Below, piece by piece: positions 10,029-19,513 of a stretch of DNA of 64,000 bases; within the stretch, counting starts at the first letter, position 1; the number at the start of each line of letters is the position of its first letter. The notes under the pieces are model-generated. The model worked only from the letters and a program-made list of their open reading frames with translations. It was not told the origin of the DNA and made no database searches. The translations under genes were made by a program, and so were the position numbers. Origin of the DNA: Fibrobacteria bacterium (GTDB lineage: Bacteria > Fibrobacterota > Fibrobacteria > UBA11236); NCBI GenBank assembly GCA_041746255.1, contig JBGTHM010000081.1, positions 1-64,000 on the forward strand. Direction: 5' to 3'.

Positions 10029-10997
10029 TCAACCTTCCAACTGGGGGTATTTTTTGAGGCGGATTTTGATTTCCTTGTACAAATCCTTCAGACTATCCTC
10101 CATGGATATGATGGGTTTCCACCCCGACTGCGACATGAGCTTCTCGGGCGATCCGACCAACAAAGGTATGTCGATGGCCCTTTCGCGGGCCGGATCGATT
10201 CGCGTTTCGATGGGGCATCCGCTCAAGTCGATGAGATAGTTTACCAAATCCCGGATGGTGCGCGCCTTTCCCGAACAGATGTTGTAGATTTCACCCTTTT
10301 CTCCACGCTTCGCCAACATGGCGATGGCTCTGGCCTGATCGCGTACGTCGAGATAGTCGCGGGAAACGTCCAGGTTACCGGTATAGACCACGGTTTCGCC
10401 GTTATACATTTCGATATAGGCGATTTGCGCGGCCACGGACGGCAACACGAAATGGCGGGCTTGGAAGGGGCCGGTCGAATTGAAGGGACGGACGATGACG
10501 ATGTCGGATTGATGCGCGCAAATGTATTGGCGTGAAAGCAATTCGCAAGCGGCCATGGCGGTGGCGAATGGGGTGAAGGGAATGGATGGATCGGTTTCCG
10601 GATGGATAATGTCCACGATACCCTTTCCTGCTCCATAGACCTCGGAGGAGCTCACATGGATGATACGCGCCTTGGGGACGGTTTTCCGGGCGGCCTCATA
10701 CAGATTCTGGGTACCGAGAATATGATTATGGAGCACCACATGCGGCTTGGGCTGGGTCATAGCCGAATGGGTTTGCGACATGATATGGTAGATGACGGCC
10801 GGACGTTGTTCTCCTAATACGGCGAGTAGACCCTTGAAGTCGAGCAAATCGCCCTGGATGTAGTTGACGTGCTTGAGGCGGCAATAGACTTCGGGTTGGT
10901 CCGGACTATAGGCTACAATATCTCCCTTTTGGTGGGAAAGCAGCGACATGAGGTGGTATCCAAGGCAGCAGGTCGCTCCCGTGATGAATACGCTCAT
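10029..10997 (-). CDS. Extended SDR of the GDP-mannose dehydratase/Rmd-like family with degenerate catalytic motifs
   Basis: VFITGA, SSSEVYG, VRPFN..GP.Q, GNLDVSRDYLDVRD and YNICSG are present. GxxGxxG reads GATCCLG and YxxxK reads FATAM. Confidence 0.8.
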   Translation of the reverse strand: MSVFITGATCCLGYHLMSLLSHQKGDIVAYSPDQPEVYCRLKHVNYIQGDLLDFKGLLAVLGEQRPAVIYHIMSQTHSAMTQPKPHVVLHNHILGTQNLYEAARKTVPKARIIHVSSSEVYGAGKGIVDIIHPETDPSIPFTPFATAMAACELLSRQYICAHQSDIVIVRPFNSTGPFQARHFVLPSVAAQIAYIEMYNGETVVYTGNLDVSRDYLDVRDQARAIAMLAKRGEKGEIYNICSGKARTIRDLVNYLIDLSGCPIETRIDPARERAIDIPLLVGSPEKLMSQSGWKPIISMEDSLKDLYKEIKIRLKKYPQLEG

Positions 10998-12649
10998 AGC
11001 CTTTCGGCTCCTGGAACGGGCTTCCGCGTCTCCTTATCGATACAATCCAAGGCAGCGAAGGCGAGTTCCTTGGAGACTTCCGAGGTGATGCATACGGAGC
11101 CGATGCGCTCGGGCAGGATGAAAACCCGTTTCCCCTGATCGGCCTTCTTGTCGCGACCCATGGCTTCCCAGGCTTTGGTCGCGTCGAGCTTGAAGGGAAA
11201 AGTTTCGGGCATGTTGAGGGCGGTCAGAAGGGAGTTATGGCGTTCCTCATCGCTTGGGGTCAACATCCCCATGGAAGTCGCCAGGCGTGCGGCGCAGCGC
11301 ATTCCCAGGGCTACGGCCAGTCCGTGGCTGAGTCTGTAGCCGGCCAAAAGCTCCAGGGCATGGGCGAAGGTATGGCCGTAATTGAGAATGGCGCGTTCGC
11401 CGGCCTCCCTCTCGTCCTGGCCCACAACCTCGGCCTTGATGGCGCAGCACTTTCGCACCACATATTGCATTACGGCCGTGTCGCGCCCCAGTAGGGCTTC
11501 TTGATGCGACTCCAGGTAGGTGAAGAATTCTTCATCCCTGATGACGGCGTATTTGACGACTTCCGCCAACCCCGCGAGAAATTCCTGCTGGGGAAGGGTT
11601 TTCAGAGCTACCAGGTTGATGATTACGGCGCGCGGTTGGTAGAAGGCGCCGATCATGTTCTTACCCAAGGGGTGATTGATGCCGGTCTTGCCGCCCACAC
11701 TGCTGTCGACCATGGAAAGTAGAGTGGTGGGGATTTGTACAAAGTCGACGCCACGCATGTAGGTGGCCGCTGCGAATCCCACCATGTCGCCGACCACGCC
11801 TCCGCTGAAGGAAATCAAGGTGGTTTTACGACCGTAATTGTATCGGAGCAGGTAGGTGAAAAGGCGGTTAAGCGATTTCAGGTTTTTTTCCTCTTCGCCC
11901 GGCCGGAAGTAGAAAACCTTGCATCCTCGGAGACTGGATCGGATTTGATCCAATAGGGGCTTTTGTTTCTCCCTCAGGTTCTGATCGGTTATCAGGAGGG
12001 GGCTGCCGTGGCAACCCGTCTTTTCCAGGATGGTGTCGACGTAACCTCCCAGCGACTCTTCGATGTAGATAGGGTAGCTGCGTTCTCCCAGTGCTACCGT
12101 CAAGGGACGCAGTTGCGCCACCTGCAGGGTATGGATGAGGCGGCGTGTCAGGACATGATGAGGGAATTGCTCAGTCGATTCAAAACGGAAATCCGCTTGC
12201 TCGTAAATCGGTTTCCGTTCTTCCAGAAGAGATACTATTTTGGCTTTTTTCTCGGTTTCATCGAGATTTGCCAGAAGGGGGCGTTTGTTTTTCTTACGAT
12301 TGACCCGCGCAAGAATCACCTCGGGGGATGCCCATAGGGCGACTAAAACACCGGTTGATTTCACGATTTCCAAGGCTTCCGGGTTGGTAAGGGTGCCTCC
12401 CCCCAACGAAACGGCGACCTGGGATTCCCGGCTGATTTTTCTCAGGGATTCCAGTTCCAAGTTACGAAAATAAGCTTCGCCCTCTTCCGCGAAAATCTCG
12501 GATACCGTGCGGCCGTTTTCCCTTTCGATTGCCTGGTCGATATCGAAATATTTCCACCCCAACGCGGCGGCGGTCAAGCTTCCGATACGGCTTTTGCCCG
12601 TAGCCATGAAGCCGGTGAAATAAATATTGCCTTTAATTGGAAGCGCCAT
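10994..12649 (-). CDS. aroKB: Bifunctional shikimate kinase / 3-dehydroquinate synthase
   Basis: N-terminal GFMATGKS P-loop, GE..FR..E and RPLL. C-terminal GGVVGD, PTTLLSMVDSSVGGKTGIN, ILNYGHTFAHA and HGLAVALG. Confidence 0.95.
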   Translation of the reverse strand: MALPIKGNIYFTGFMATGKSRIGSLTAAALGWKYFDIDQAIERENGRTVSEIFAEEGEAYFRNLELESLRKISRESQVAVSLGGGTLTNPEALEIVKSTGVLVALWASPEVILARVNRKKNKRPLLANLDETEKKAKIVSLLEERKPIYEQADFRFESTEQFPHHVLTRRLIHTLQVAQLRPLTVALGERSYPIYIEESLGGYVDTILEKTGCHGSPLLITDQNLREKQKPLLDQIRSSLRGCKVFYFRPGEEEKNLKSLNRLFTYLLRYNYGRKTTLISFSGGVVGDMVGFAAATYMRGVDFVQIPTTLLSMVDSSVGGKTGINHPLGKNMIGAFYQPRAVIINLVALKTLPQQEFLAGLAEVVKYAVIRDEEFFTYLESHQEALLGRDTAVMQYVVRKCCAIKAEVVGQDEREAGERAILNYGHTFAHALELLAGYRLSHGLAVALGMRCAARLATSMGMLTPSDEERHNSLLTALNMPETFPFKLDATKAWEAMGRDKKADQGKRVFILPERIGSVCITSEVSKELAFAALDCIDKETRKPVPGAERL

Positions 12650-12655
12650 GTGCCC

Positions 12656-13540
12656 CTATCCGTCCTTGTTGCTTTCCGCATCCCGGGCGGCGCGCAATTG
12701 TTCGCGGGCTTGCGCAAAGAAAATTTCCGCGTCGGGCTCTATGCCCGTCCAGAGCTTGAAGCTTTCCGTACCCTGATGGACCAGCATATCCAACCCCCCC
12801 ACCGTCTTCAAGCCCCTTTTTCTGGCTTCCGTCAGAAAAAGGGTTTGCTCGGGCACGTAGACGATATCGTACGCGGTTTGTCCCGGAAGCAATGCCTTTC
12901 CGGAAACGATCGTTTCCTCTACATGGGGGTGCATTCCCACTGTTGTGGTATTGACCACGATTTGACATTGGGGTGAGATTCCCTGAAAGTCGTCGAGGGA
13001 CCTGACTTCCAGAGACTCGCCCAGCTTGTCTTTGACCTCGTCGGCTATGTGCTGGGCTTTAAGGGGATTGCGAGCCAAGAGGATGAGTTTCGCCACCTTG
13101 GCTTTGAGTAAAAGGGTGAAGGCGAGAGTGCGGGCCGATCCTCCGGAACCCAGCAGCGCTACCGTTCTTCCAGTGAAATCCCCACCGGCCTTGCGGAAGC
13201 CTTCCAAAAATCCATTGGGGTCGGTTGTCGTACCCGATAACCGGCCCTTTTCGTTTACGATGGTGTTCACCGCCCCGATAAGCCGGGCTTCTTCGGAAAT
13301 CTCATCCAGAAAGGGAATAACCGCTTGTTTGTGGGGCGTGGTAACGTTAACTCCCCGGAAACCGAAAATACGCAGCGATTCGATGGCCTCTGGAAGCCGA
13401 TTTTCCTTTACCGGCAGGGGCACGTACATATAATCCAGCCCATAGCGCTCGAACCCGGCATTGTGCATAGCCGGAGAAATCGAATGGGCCACAGGGTCCC
13501 CGAAAATACCGATAAGCCTAGTAGTCCCCTTGACTTGCAT
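12656..13540 (-). CDS. aroE: Shikimate dehydrogenase
   Basis: GDPVAHSISPAMHN, GVNVTTPHK, GAVNT, GSGGSAR and GLDMLVHQG. Confidence 0.95.
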   Translation of the reverse strand: MQVKGTTRLIGIFGDPVAHSISPAMHNAGFERYGLDYMYVPLPVKENRLPEAIESLRIFGFRGVNVTTPHKQAVIPFLDEISEEARLIGAVNTIVNEKGRLSGTTTDPNGFLEGFRKAGGDFTGRTVALLGSGGSARTLAFTLLLKAKVAKLILLARNPLKAQHIADEVKDKLGESLEVRSLDDFQGISPQCQIVVNTTTVGMHPHVEETIVSGKALLPGQTAYDIVYVPEQTLFLTEARKRGLKTVGGLDMLVHQGTESFKLWTGIEPDAEIFFAQAREQLRAARDAESNKDG

Positions 13541-13571
13541 GGAAGGGTGGATTTCTCCTCAGGATGACGGT

Positions 13572-15545
13572 TTATGCAACGGGTTTTCGCCGGAAGCTCA
13601 TGAAAGCGGAAACCAAGCCTTCTGCAAAAAGTAGCAAAATTGCCGCCAGGATAAGTGCTCTCCAAAGGGGAGAAAAGGAGTCTTGTAAAGCTGCCAGGGA
13701 GTCGCGGTAGGGAATGATTTGGACGCGAGCGCCGTATTTCTCAAGCGGCCGAAGGGCGGAATCCCAATCGATGGGTAGCGCGGAGGATGCGCTGGGAAAA
13801 GCGTTAACGGCAAGATGCAGGGTATCGTGGCTCCCGGCAATGGCATATAGCCCCAGGCGGGGAAAGGGCCCCAGGATTAATGTGCCCTGACTGGCGGAAA
13901 CCCCTTGGAAGGGGCGCCCATCCGGATCGGTTACCTTGGGCGGGAAAAATTCCGGGCCGAGTTGCAATTCCATCACCGAATCCGAAGCGGAGGTAAAGTT
14001 TTTCCAGGCATCGCTCCAATGCGAAGAATGGAAATGATGATGCAATAGCGGAGTTACCGGGCTGAGTCCGAGGTTGGTCCATTCCAGGTCGTCGATGTCG
14101 GTCAGCCAGAGCAGAATTCCACCGGCTCCGAAGGTACGGCTAATCACCACGGGCTTGGCCTGGTCTACGCTCAATAAACTGCGGGACTCGGCGCCTGGGG
14201 AGAAGGAAAACAATCGGTTCAGGTAGGTATGCGCGGGAAGCCGTGGCGGCAAAGTCGCGGCCCCCGCCATAGAAGCCAGATGCGTACTTACGGGACCGTT
14301 GCTTTCGATTATTTCGCCGATGCGACCGGCTTCGAGAGGTTGCAGCAAATGCCGGTTTATGAGCGAAATGTCGGAGCGCGAACCCAGGCCGAGAATGAGC
14401 AGCCCGCCCCCTTGTACATATTCCCTAAGCGCCGTGTAGGCCGAGGGAGAAGCGAGGGGGGCATTGGAAAGAAAGAGAAGGCGTAAGTTTTTCTCCTTAA
14501 TCTCGCGCACCAGCCCATCGCCATGAGTGGAATGGATTACCTGTTTGAAAAAGCTGTTGCCTCCCAGGCTGGGCAGGGAACTGAGGGTGGTTCCGGCATG
14601 GCCCAGGTTGAGACGGTCGGGATTGGGAATGCTGAAGTGAAACTCTTTTACGGCATGCGTGGGAGTGCCTTCAAGCCTAAGCTTTCCCTTAAAGCGCCGT
14701 TGATCCGGCAGTTCCAGGTTTACGTAGGGCTGCCGATCGAGGAAGGGAGTATCCTGCAGCAATTGCCTACCCCGAAAGATTTGCAAGCGACCCTCGGCTT
14801 GAGGAATTTCGAGGGCGGGACTTAATTCCGTCCGGAGGGCGAGGAGGGGGGAATCACCAGGTGGTTCGACTTCGACGGCCCGGAATGCGCCGGCGCGGGA
14901 TGCCAGGGGCGAATAGTCAATAATCGCTATGCGCAGGGCGGAGTTATCGTGTAAGGCCCTGATGAGATAAGGCAAGGATTGCACCCATTCGGAATCCGTG
15001 AAAACCGGTATATGCGCTTGTGCGGGAAGATGGGTGGGAATGTCCGCGAGCAAGTCGGCAACCGCGCGCGGATAGTCGCCGAACCTTTCTTCCGGCGGCT
15101 CCGCTCCGCTCCCGAGCGGGTTTCCGGAGGACGGGGCCAGAACGGATCCGATATTCAGGCCGGGGGAGAGGGAATCCAGAAAGCTCAGTCTATTCCGCTG
15201 GTGATTCTCCAGGAGCATGCCGTCGTCAAGGGGAATGCGTCCATACAATCCGTCGTGAAACAAGGCGGATACATGGGTTCCGGCATCGGGATAGAATCCT
15301 TCGCGCTTAAGGACGGGATTTGTCAGCGCCACTAGCAGGCAAAGCAATAATAAAGTGCGCAGCGCCAACAACAGCCAGTTCTTGATGCGGTGCCGGGCCA
15401 TTGATCGCGCGAGGTCGCCTCTTACCAGCAAGAGGCTGGGAAAGGGCATTTTTTTGAGCCGTTCCCGTCCCAAAAAGTGAATGGCGAGGGGAATGGCCAA
15501 AAGGGCCGTGAACCATAGAGTCACAGGGCTGAGAAAGGAGAACAT
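13572..15545 (-). CDS. BatA (aerotolerance regulator N-terminal) domain membrane protein
   Basis: N-terminal F..P..L....IPLAIH....FPSL...R....LLL.LR....L..P pattern and a C-terminal anchor SPLWRALILAAILLLFAEG. Confidence 0.8.
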   Translation of the reverse strand: MFSFLSPVTLWFTALLAIPLAIHFLGRERLKKMPFPSLLLVRGDLARSMARHRIKNWLLLALRTLLLLCLLVALTNPVLKREGFYPDAGTHVSALFHDGLYGRIPLDDGMLLENHQRNRLSFLDSLSPGLNIGSVLAPSSGNPLGSGAEPPEERFGDYPRAVADLLADIPTHLPAQAHIPVFTDSEWVQSLPYLIRALHDNSALRIAIIDYSPLASRAGAFRAVEVEPPGDSPLLALRTELSPALEIPQAEGRLQIFRGRQLLQDTPFLDRQPYVNLELPDQRRFKGKLRLEGTPTHAVKEFHFSIPNPDRLNLGHAGTTLSSLPSLGGNSFFKQVIHSTHGDGLVREIKEKNLRLLFLSNAPLASPSAYTALREYVQGGGLLILGLGSRSDISLINRHLLQPLEAGRIGEIIESNGPVSTHLASMAGAATLPPRLPAHTYLNRLFSFSPGAESRSLLSVDQAKPVVISRTFGAGGILLWLTDIDDLEWTNLGLSPVTPLLHHHFHSSHWSDAWKNFTSASDSVMELQLGPEFFPPKVTDPDGRPFQGVSASQGTLILGPFPRLGLYAIAGSHDTLHLAVNAFPSASSALPIDWDSALRPLEKYGARVQIIPYRDSLAALQDSFSPLWRALILAAILLLFAEGLVSAFMSFRRKPVA

Positions 15546-15601
15546 GGCAGCAAACTATATAATAATGCCGTTTAGGTAAGCGAGCCTAAAAGCCGGACGG
15601 G

Positions 15602-16495
15602 CTAGCGAACTCCCGGGGTGGTTGCGGAAAGTACCGTTTGCAAGGCTTGATAAAAGGGCTGGTCGGTGGAAACCGAGGCGAAGCGAACCCCCGATGCGAA
15701 GCATTCCCGGCGTAGCAGGTTGCGGTGAGCTTCCAGCAATTCCCGGTACCCGTGACGCATGTGGCGCGCGGATACCTTCAACCGGTCTCGCGTCTCCATA
15801 TCTTCCAACTCGACATTGGCGTGGTCGAAGAAACGTTCCTCGGTGGGAGTGAGAATTTGCACGATGGTCATTTCCTGGCGTTGGGCACGCACATTCTTCA
15901 TGCCCGCAATGATGCCGGCTGGCTCCTGCCAGAGATCGGTGAAAAGGTAGGTGAGGCTGTGTGATTTCATCCGCAAGGCGGCGCGATCGAGCAGGGATTG
16001 CAAATCCGTTTGTCCCTCTGCCCGCATGCCTTCCAACGATTCGAAAACCAGCCGCAGATGGCCCGCTCCGGTTTTAGGCGGCAGAAAATCCGGAGCCTTG
16101 CCGCTTCCATGCAGCAAGGAGAGGGCGTCGCGTTGTTGAAAACCCAATAGCGCCACCGAGGCGGTCAGGGCCGCGGCGTAATCCAATTTGCTCATGGCGC
16201 CGTCGACATAACCCATGGAGGCCGAACTGTCCACCACGAGGTATATGGACGCGTTGGTCTCGTCGCGATGCTGCCTGATTACCAGCTGATCCCTTTTGCC
16301 GAACACGCGCCAGTCGATCCGACGCAAATCGTCACCGGCATCATAACGTTTATATTGGGCGAACTCGGACGAGAAGCCGTGGAAGGGGGACAGGTGCCTT
16401 CCCGTGAGGCTTCCCTTGACGATGGTGCGGGCTTTTAAGGCGAGCCCCTTAAGGCGAGAGACGTATTCGGGGGAAAGGGTTCGGTTCAGTTCCAT
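15602..16495 (-). CDS. DUF58 / vWA-domain protein (usually MoxR-associated)
   Basis: G.H.S...G.S.EF.QYKRY..GDDLRRIDW and the MIDAS-like VDSSASM. Confidence 0.9.
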   Translation of the reverse strand: MELNRTLSPEYVSRLKGLALKARTIVKGSLTGRHLSPFHGFSSEFAQYKRYDAGDDLRRIDWRVFGKRDQLVIRQHRDETNASIYLVVDSSASMGYVDGAMSKLDYAAALTASVALLGFQQRDALSLLHGSGKAPDFLPPKTGAGHLRLVFESLEGMRAEGQTDLQSLLDRAALRMKSHSLTYLFTDLWQEPAGIIAGMKNVRAQRQEMTIVQILTPTEERFFDHANVELEDMETRDRLKVSARHMRHGYRELLEAHRNLLRRECFASGVRFASVSTDQPFYQALQTVLSATTPGVR

Positions 16496-16510
16496 TCCCG
16501 TTACCTTTTT

Positions 16511-17647
16511 TCAATCCTGCAAGGCGGGGCTGGGTTTGTGAGCGATACGGGCGTCGTCGTAGATCTCCTCGATGCGGCGGCGCAACACGTCGGTTCCCTC
16601 TTTGCGGGCGGCCGAGATATAAATTCCCTGAGGGTAATGTACCTTCAGGAAGTCGAGCCTTTCGAGAGTAAGCGAATCGATTTTGTTGAACACCGTAAGG
16701 CGGGGAATATCCTCCGTATGCAATTCTTTGAGCACACGGGCGGTGGTTTCCATTTGGTCGACAAAATCCGAGGACGAGGCGTCTACCACGTGAACGACAA
16801 GGGTGGCCTGGGTGACTACGCTAAGCGTGCTTTGGAAGGAGGCCACCAGGTCGACCGGCAGCTTGCGGATGAAACCCACGGTATCGGACATGACGGCCGG
16901 CTTGTCGGGGCTGATGTGGATTTTCCGGGTGGTGGAATCCAAGGTGGCGAAAAGTTTATCCACGGCTTCGACTCCGGCGCTGGTCAGCGCGTTCATCAAG
17001 GTGGATTTTCCGGCGTTGGTATAGCCGACCAAGGCGATGTGGAAAGCGTTTTCGCGGCGGGAGTATTGCGCGTGCCGGATGCTCTCCACTTTTTCCAACT
17101 TGAGTTTGAGATCGGCGATACGCTTGCGCACCATGCGTCGGTCGACTTCGAGCTGGGTTTCTCCCGGTCCGCGCGTTCCAATTCCGCCGACTTGGCGTGA
17201 GAGGTGGGTCCAGGCGCGCGTCAGCCGGGGAAGCAGGTATTGTAATTGCGCCACTTCGACCTGGATTTTGGCCTCGGCCGTTTTTGCGTGGCGCGCGAAA
17301 ATATCCAGGATCACGGCGCTGCGGTCCAGGATTTTCGCGGGAATGTCCTTTTCCAGGCGCTTCAATTGGGAGCCGCTCAGGTCTTCGTCGAAAATGACGA
17401 TTTCCGCGCAATGTTCCCGTACTGCCTCGGCAATCTCCTTCACCTTGCCTGCGCCCACCAGGGTGGCGGGATCGAATGACGGTCTTCGTTGGGAAAGGAT
17501 GGCGCAGACTTCCGCGCCCGCGGTTTCCGCCAGGCGTCCCAATTCCGCGAGATGATCGTTCAGGGTTTTTAGGGAGACTTCCCGGGTGGCGACACCGACC
17601 AATATGGCCTTTTCCGCTGCGGGTAAACCGTTATGCTTCATTCCCAT
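16511..17647 (-). CDS. hflX: Ribosome-splitting GTPase HflX
   Basis: ILDIFARHA...EAKIQVE.AQL.YLLPRL, GTRGPGETQLEVDRR, GYTNAGKST, DTVGFI and NKID. The start could also be the Met at 17641. Confidence 0.95.
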   Translation of the reverse strand: MGMKHNGLPAAEKAILVGVATREVSLKTLNDHLAELGRLAETAGAEVCAILSQRRPSFDPATLVGAGKVKEIAEAVREHCAEIVIFDEDLSGSQLKRLEKDIPAKILDRSAVILDIFARHAKTAEAKIQVEVAQLQYLLPRLTRAWTHLSRQVGGIGTRGPGETQLEVDRRMVRKRIADLKLKLEKVESIRHAQYSRRENAFHIALVGYTNAGKSTLMNALTSAGVEAVDKLFATLDSTTRKIHISPDKPAVMSDTVGFIRKLPVDLVASFQSTLSVVTQATLVVHVVDASSSDFVDQMETTARVLKELHTEDIPRLTVFNKIDSLTLERLDFLKVHYPQGIYISAARKEGTDVLRRRIEEIYDDARIAHKPSPALQD

Positions 17648-19437
17648 TCGATGGTGCCTGGGGGCTTATGTGTGATATCGTAAAGCAGCGCGCCCACCCC
17701 GGCCATGCGCAATTCATCCCAGAGCGCGCGCACACGGGAAAAAGGCAGGGTGGCAAAACGCGCGGTCATGGCTTCGGAAGAAACAACGGGGCGGATGACG
17801 ACCACCGGCTTGTCTCCAAGGTTCAAGGGCAAAAGCACAACGGGCATTTGCCATACACTAGAATACAATTTTTCCGCGTAGAGAAAGGAAGTACAAATCT
17901 CGTCCACCCTGCGAAGCAATTCCAACCGTTCGCGATCGCAATGGGCGCGCACCAGAACATAAGGCGACTCCTGGCTGTGGCCCACTTCCAGAACCACGCG
18001 ATTGGCGCCGCGAAAGCGGTTCGTCAGCGTGGTGGAAAGCGTGTCGAGGTCCTCCCAGGAAAACTCCTTACCCGCCGGCCATCGGACCAGACAAGGATGG
18101 GCGTAGGTGCGGTAGTCGCCTTGCACACCCACGCTTTCCACGGCGAGAATCTCTCCCGCGAATCCTCTTCCCTCCAGAAAGTCCGCTACCTGCTCCTTCA
18201 GCTCGGCGTCGATTTCTCTGGTCGCTTCATTGTTGCATAACAGTCTCACACCCAGGCCCGGGCCGGGAAAGGGATGGCGCCATACCAGCTTTTCCGGTAT
18301 TCCCAGCAATAATCCCAGCTCGCGTACCTCGTCTTTGTACAAATCAGCCAACGGTTCTATGACCAGTCCCTTTTCCAAAAGTTCGCGTACGCCGGCGACG
18401 CGGTTATGGTGGGTTTTGATGACCGCCGCATTGCCGTCTCCGCCGCTTTCGATGGTATCGGGATAGATGGTGCCTTGGGCCAGCAACCAATCGTCGGGAT
18501 TGAGTTCCAATCGCTTCAGCTCGGCGTCTTTCACCTGCAAAAAGGTTTCGCCTATGATGCGGCGCTTTTCCTCGGGTGAACAGGTGAGCGCCAGGGCTGC
18601 GAGAAAAGTTTCGCCGGCATCGCGCACCAAAAGATTGTTGAAGCCTTCCTTACGCAAAAAGGCCAAGACTTCTTCGCTTTCGCGATGGCGCATGAGTCCG
18701 TTGTCGATGTGTAATCCCAGCACGTGTTCCGGGCCCAGAACGCGGTTGAGCAAGGCGAAGCAAACGGTGCTGTCCACACCGCCGCTCACCAGCAGGAAGA
18801 CCTTGCGGTCGCGGCATTTTTCGCGCAGCTGGGCTTCGAGGTCATGCAAATAGCGCGAGACCTGCCATTCGAAACGTGCTCCGCACATCTCCAGGAAATT
18901 GCGGAGAATGCGGTTTCCTTCGGGAGTATGGGTGACTTCGGGGTGGAATTGCAATCCGTAAAAGCGCTGGGTATCCGATGCCACCGCGGCAATGGGGCAG
19001 TCGCGGGTGGTGGCGATGACGCGGAACCCCGGAGGCAGGCGCACGACCTCGTCGCCATGACTCATCCATACCACCGTCCGTTTGGAAAGGCCCGCGAAAA
19101 GGGGATGGGTGGCCTCGGGAGAAAGTTCGGCGGGGCCGAATTCGGATTGGTCGCCGCGTTTTACCTCGCCACCCAGTCGGGCATTGATGATTTGATGGCC
19201 ATAGCACAACCCCAGCAAAGGGATGTCGAGTTCGAACCAGCCGGGATGGGTTTTGGGCGCCTCATCGCTGTAAACCGAAAAAGGGCCGCCGGAAAAAATA
19301 ACTCCGATAGCATCCTGTAAAGCGGTCGGATCACTGCCGGGAAAAACAATTTCGGAATAGACACCCAATTGCCGGATACGCCGGGCGATGAGATGGGTGT
19401 ATTGGCCTCCAAAATCAACTATGGCGATTTTTTGCAT
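17638..19437 (-). CDS. guaA: GMP synthase (glutamine-hydrolysing), long form
   Basis: DFGGQY, GLCYGHQ, QFHPEV, SGGVDS, IKTHHN, RHPFPGPGLG and KPPGTIEWE. Start placed at the ATG of MQKIAIVDFG. Confidence 0.95.
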   Translation of the reverse strand: MQKIAIVDFGGQYTHLIARRIRQLGVYSEIVFPGSDPTALQDAIGVIFSGGPFSVYSDEAPKTHPGWFELDIPLLGLCYGHQIINARLGGEVKRGDQSEFGPAELSPEATHPLFAGLSKRTVVWMSHGDEVVRLPPGFRVIATTRDCPIAAVASDTQRFYGLQFHPEVTHTPEGNRILRNFLEMCGARFEWQVSRYLHDLEAQLREKCRDRKVFLLVSGGVDSTVCFALLNRVLGPEHVLGLHIDNGLMRHRESEEVLAFLRKEGFNNLLVRDAGETFLAALALTCSPEEKRRIIGETFLQVKDAELKRLELNPDDWLLAQGTIYPDTIESGGDGNAAVIKTHHNRVAGVRELLEKGLVIEPLADLYKDEVRELGLLLGIPEKLVWRHPFPGPGLGVRLLCNNEATREIDAELKEQVADFLEGRGFAGEILAVESVGVQGDYRTYAHPCLVRWPAGKEFSWEDLDTLSTTLTNRFRGANRVVLEVGHSQESPYVLVRAHCDRERLELLRRVDEICTSFLYAEKLYSSVWQMPVVLLPLNLGDKPVVVIRPVVSSEAMTARFATLPFSRVRALWDELRMAGVGALLYDITHKPPGTIEWE

Positions 19438-19513
19438 GGGGCATAATATAACATCGTGCTCCCTGCCTGCCATTCAACGGGTGACGGCGAAGCCTGCCCG
19501 TGAGAGGTCGATG

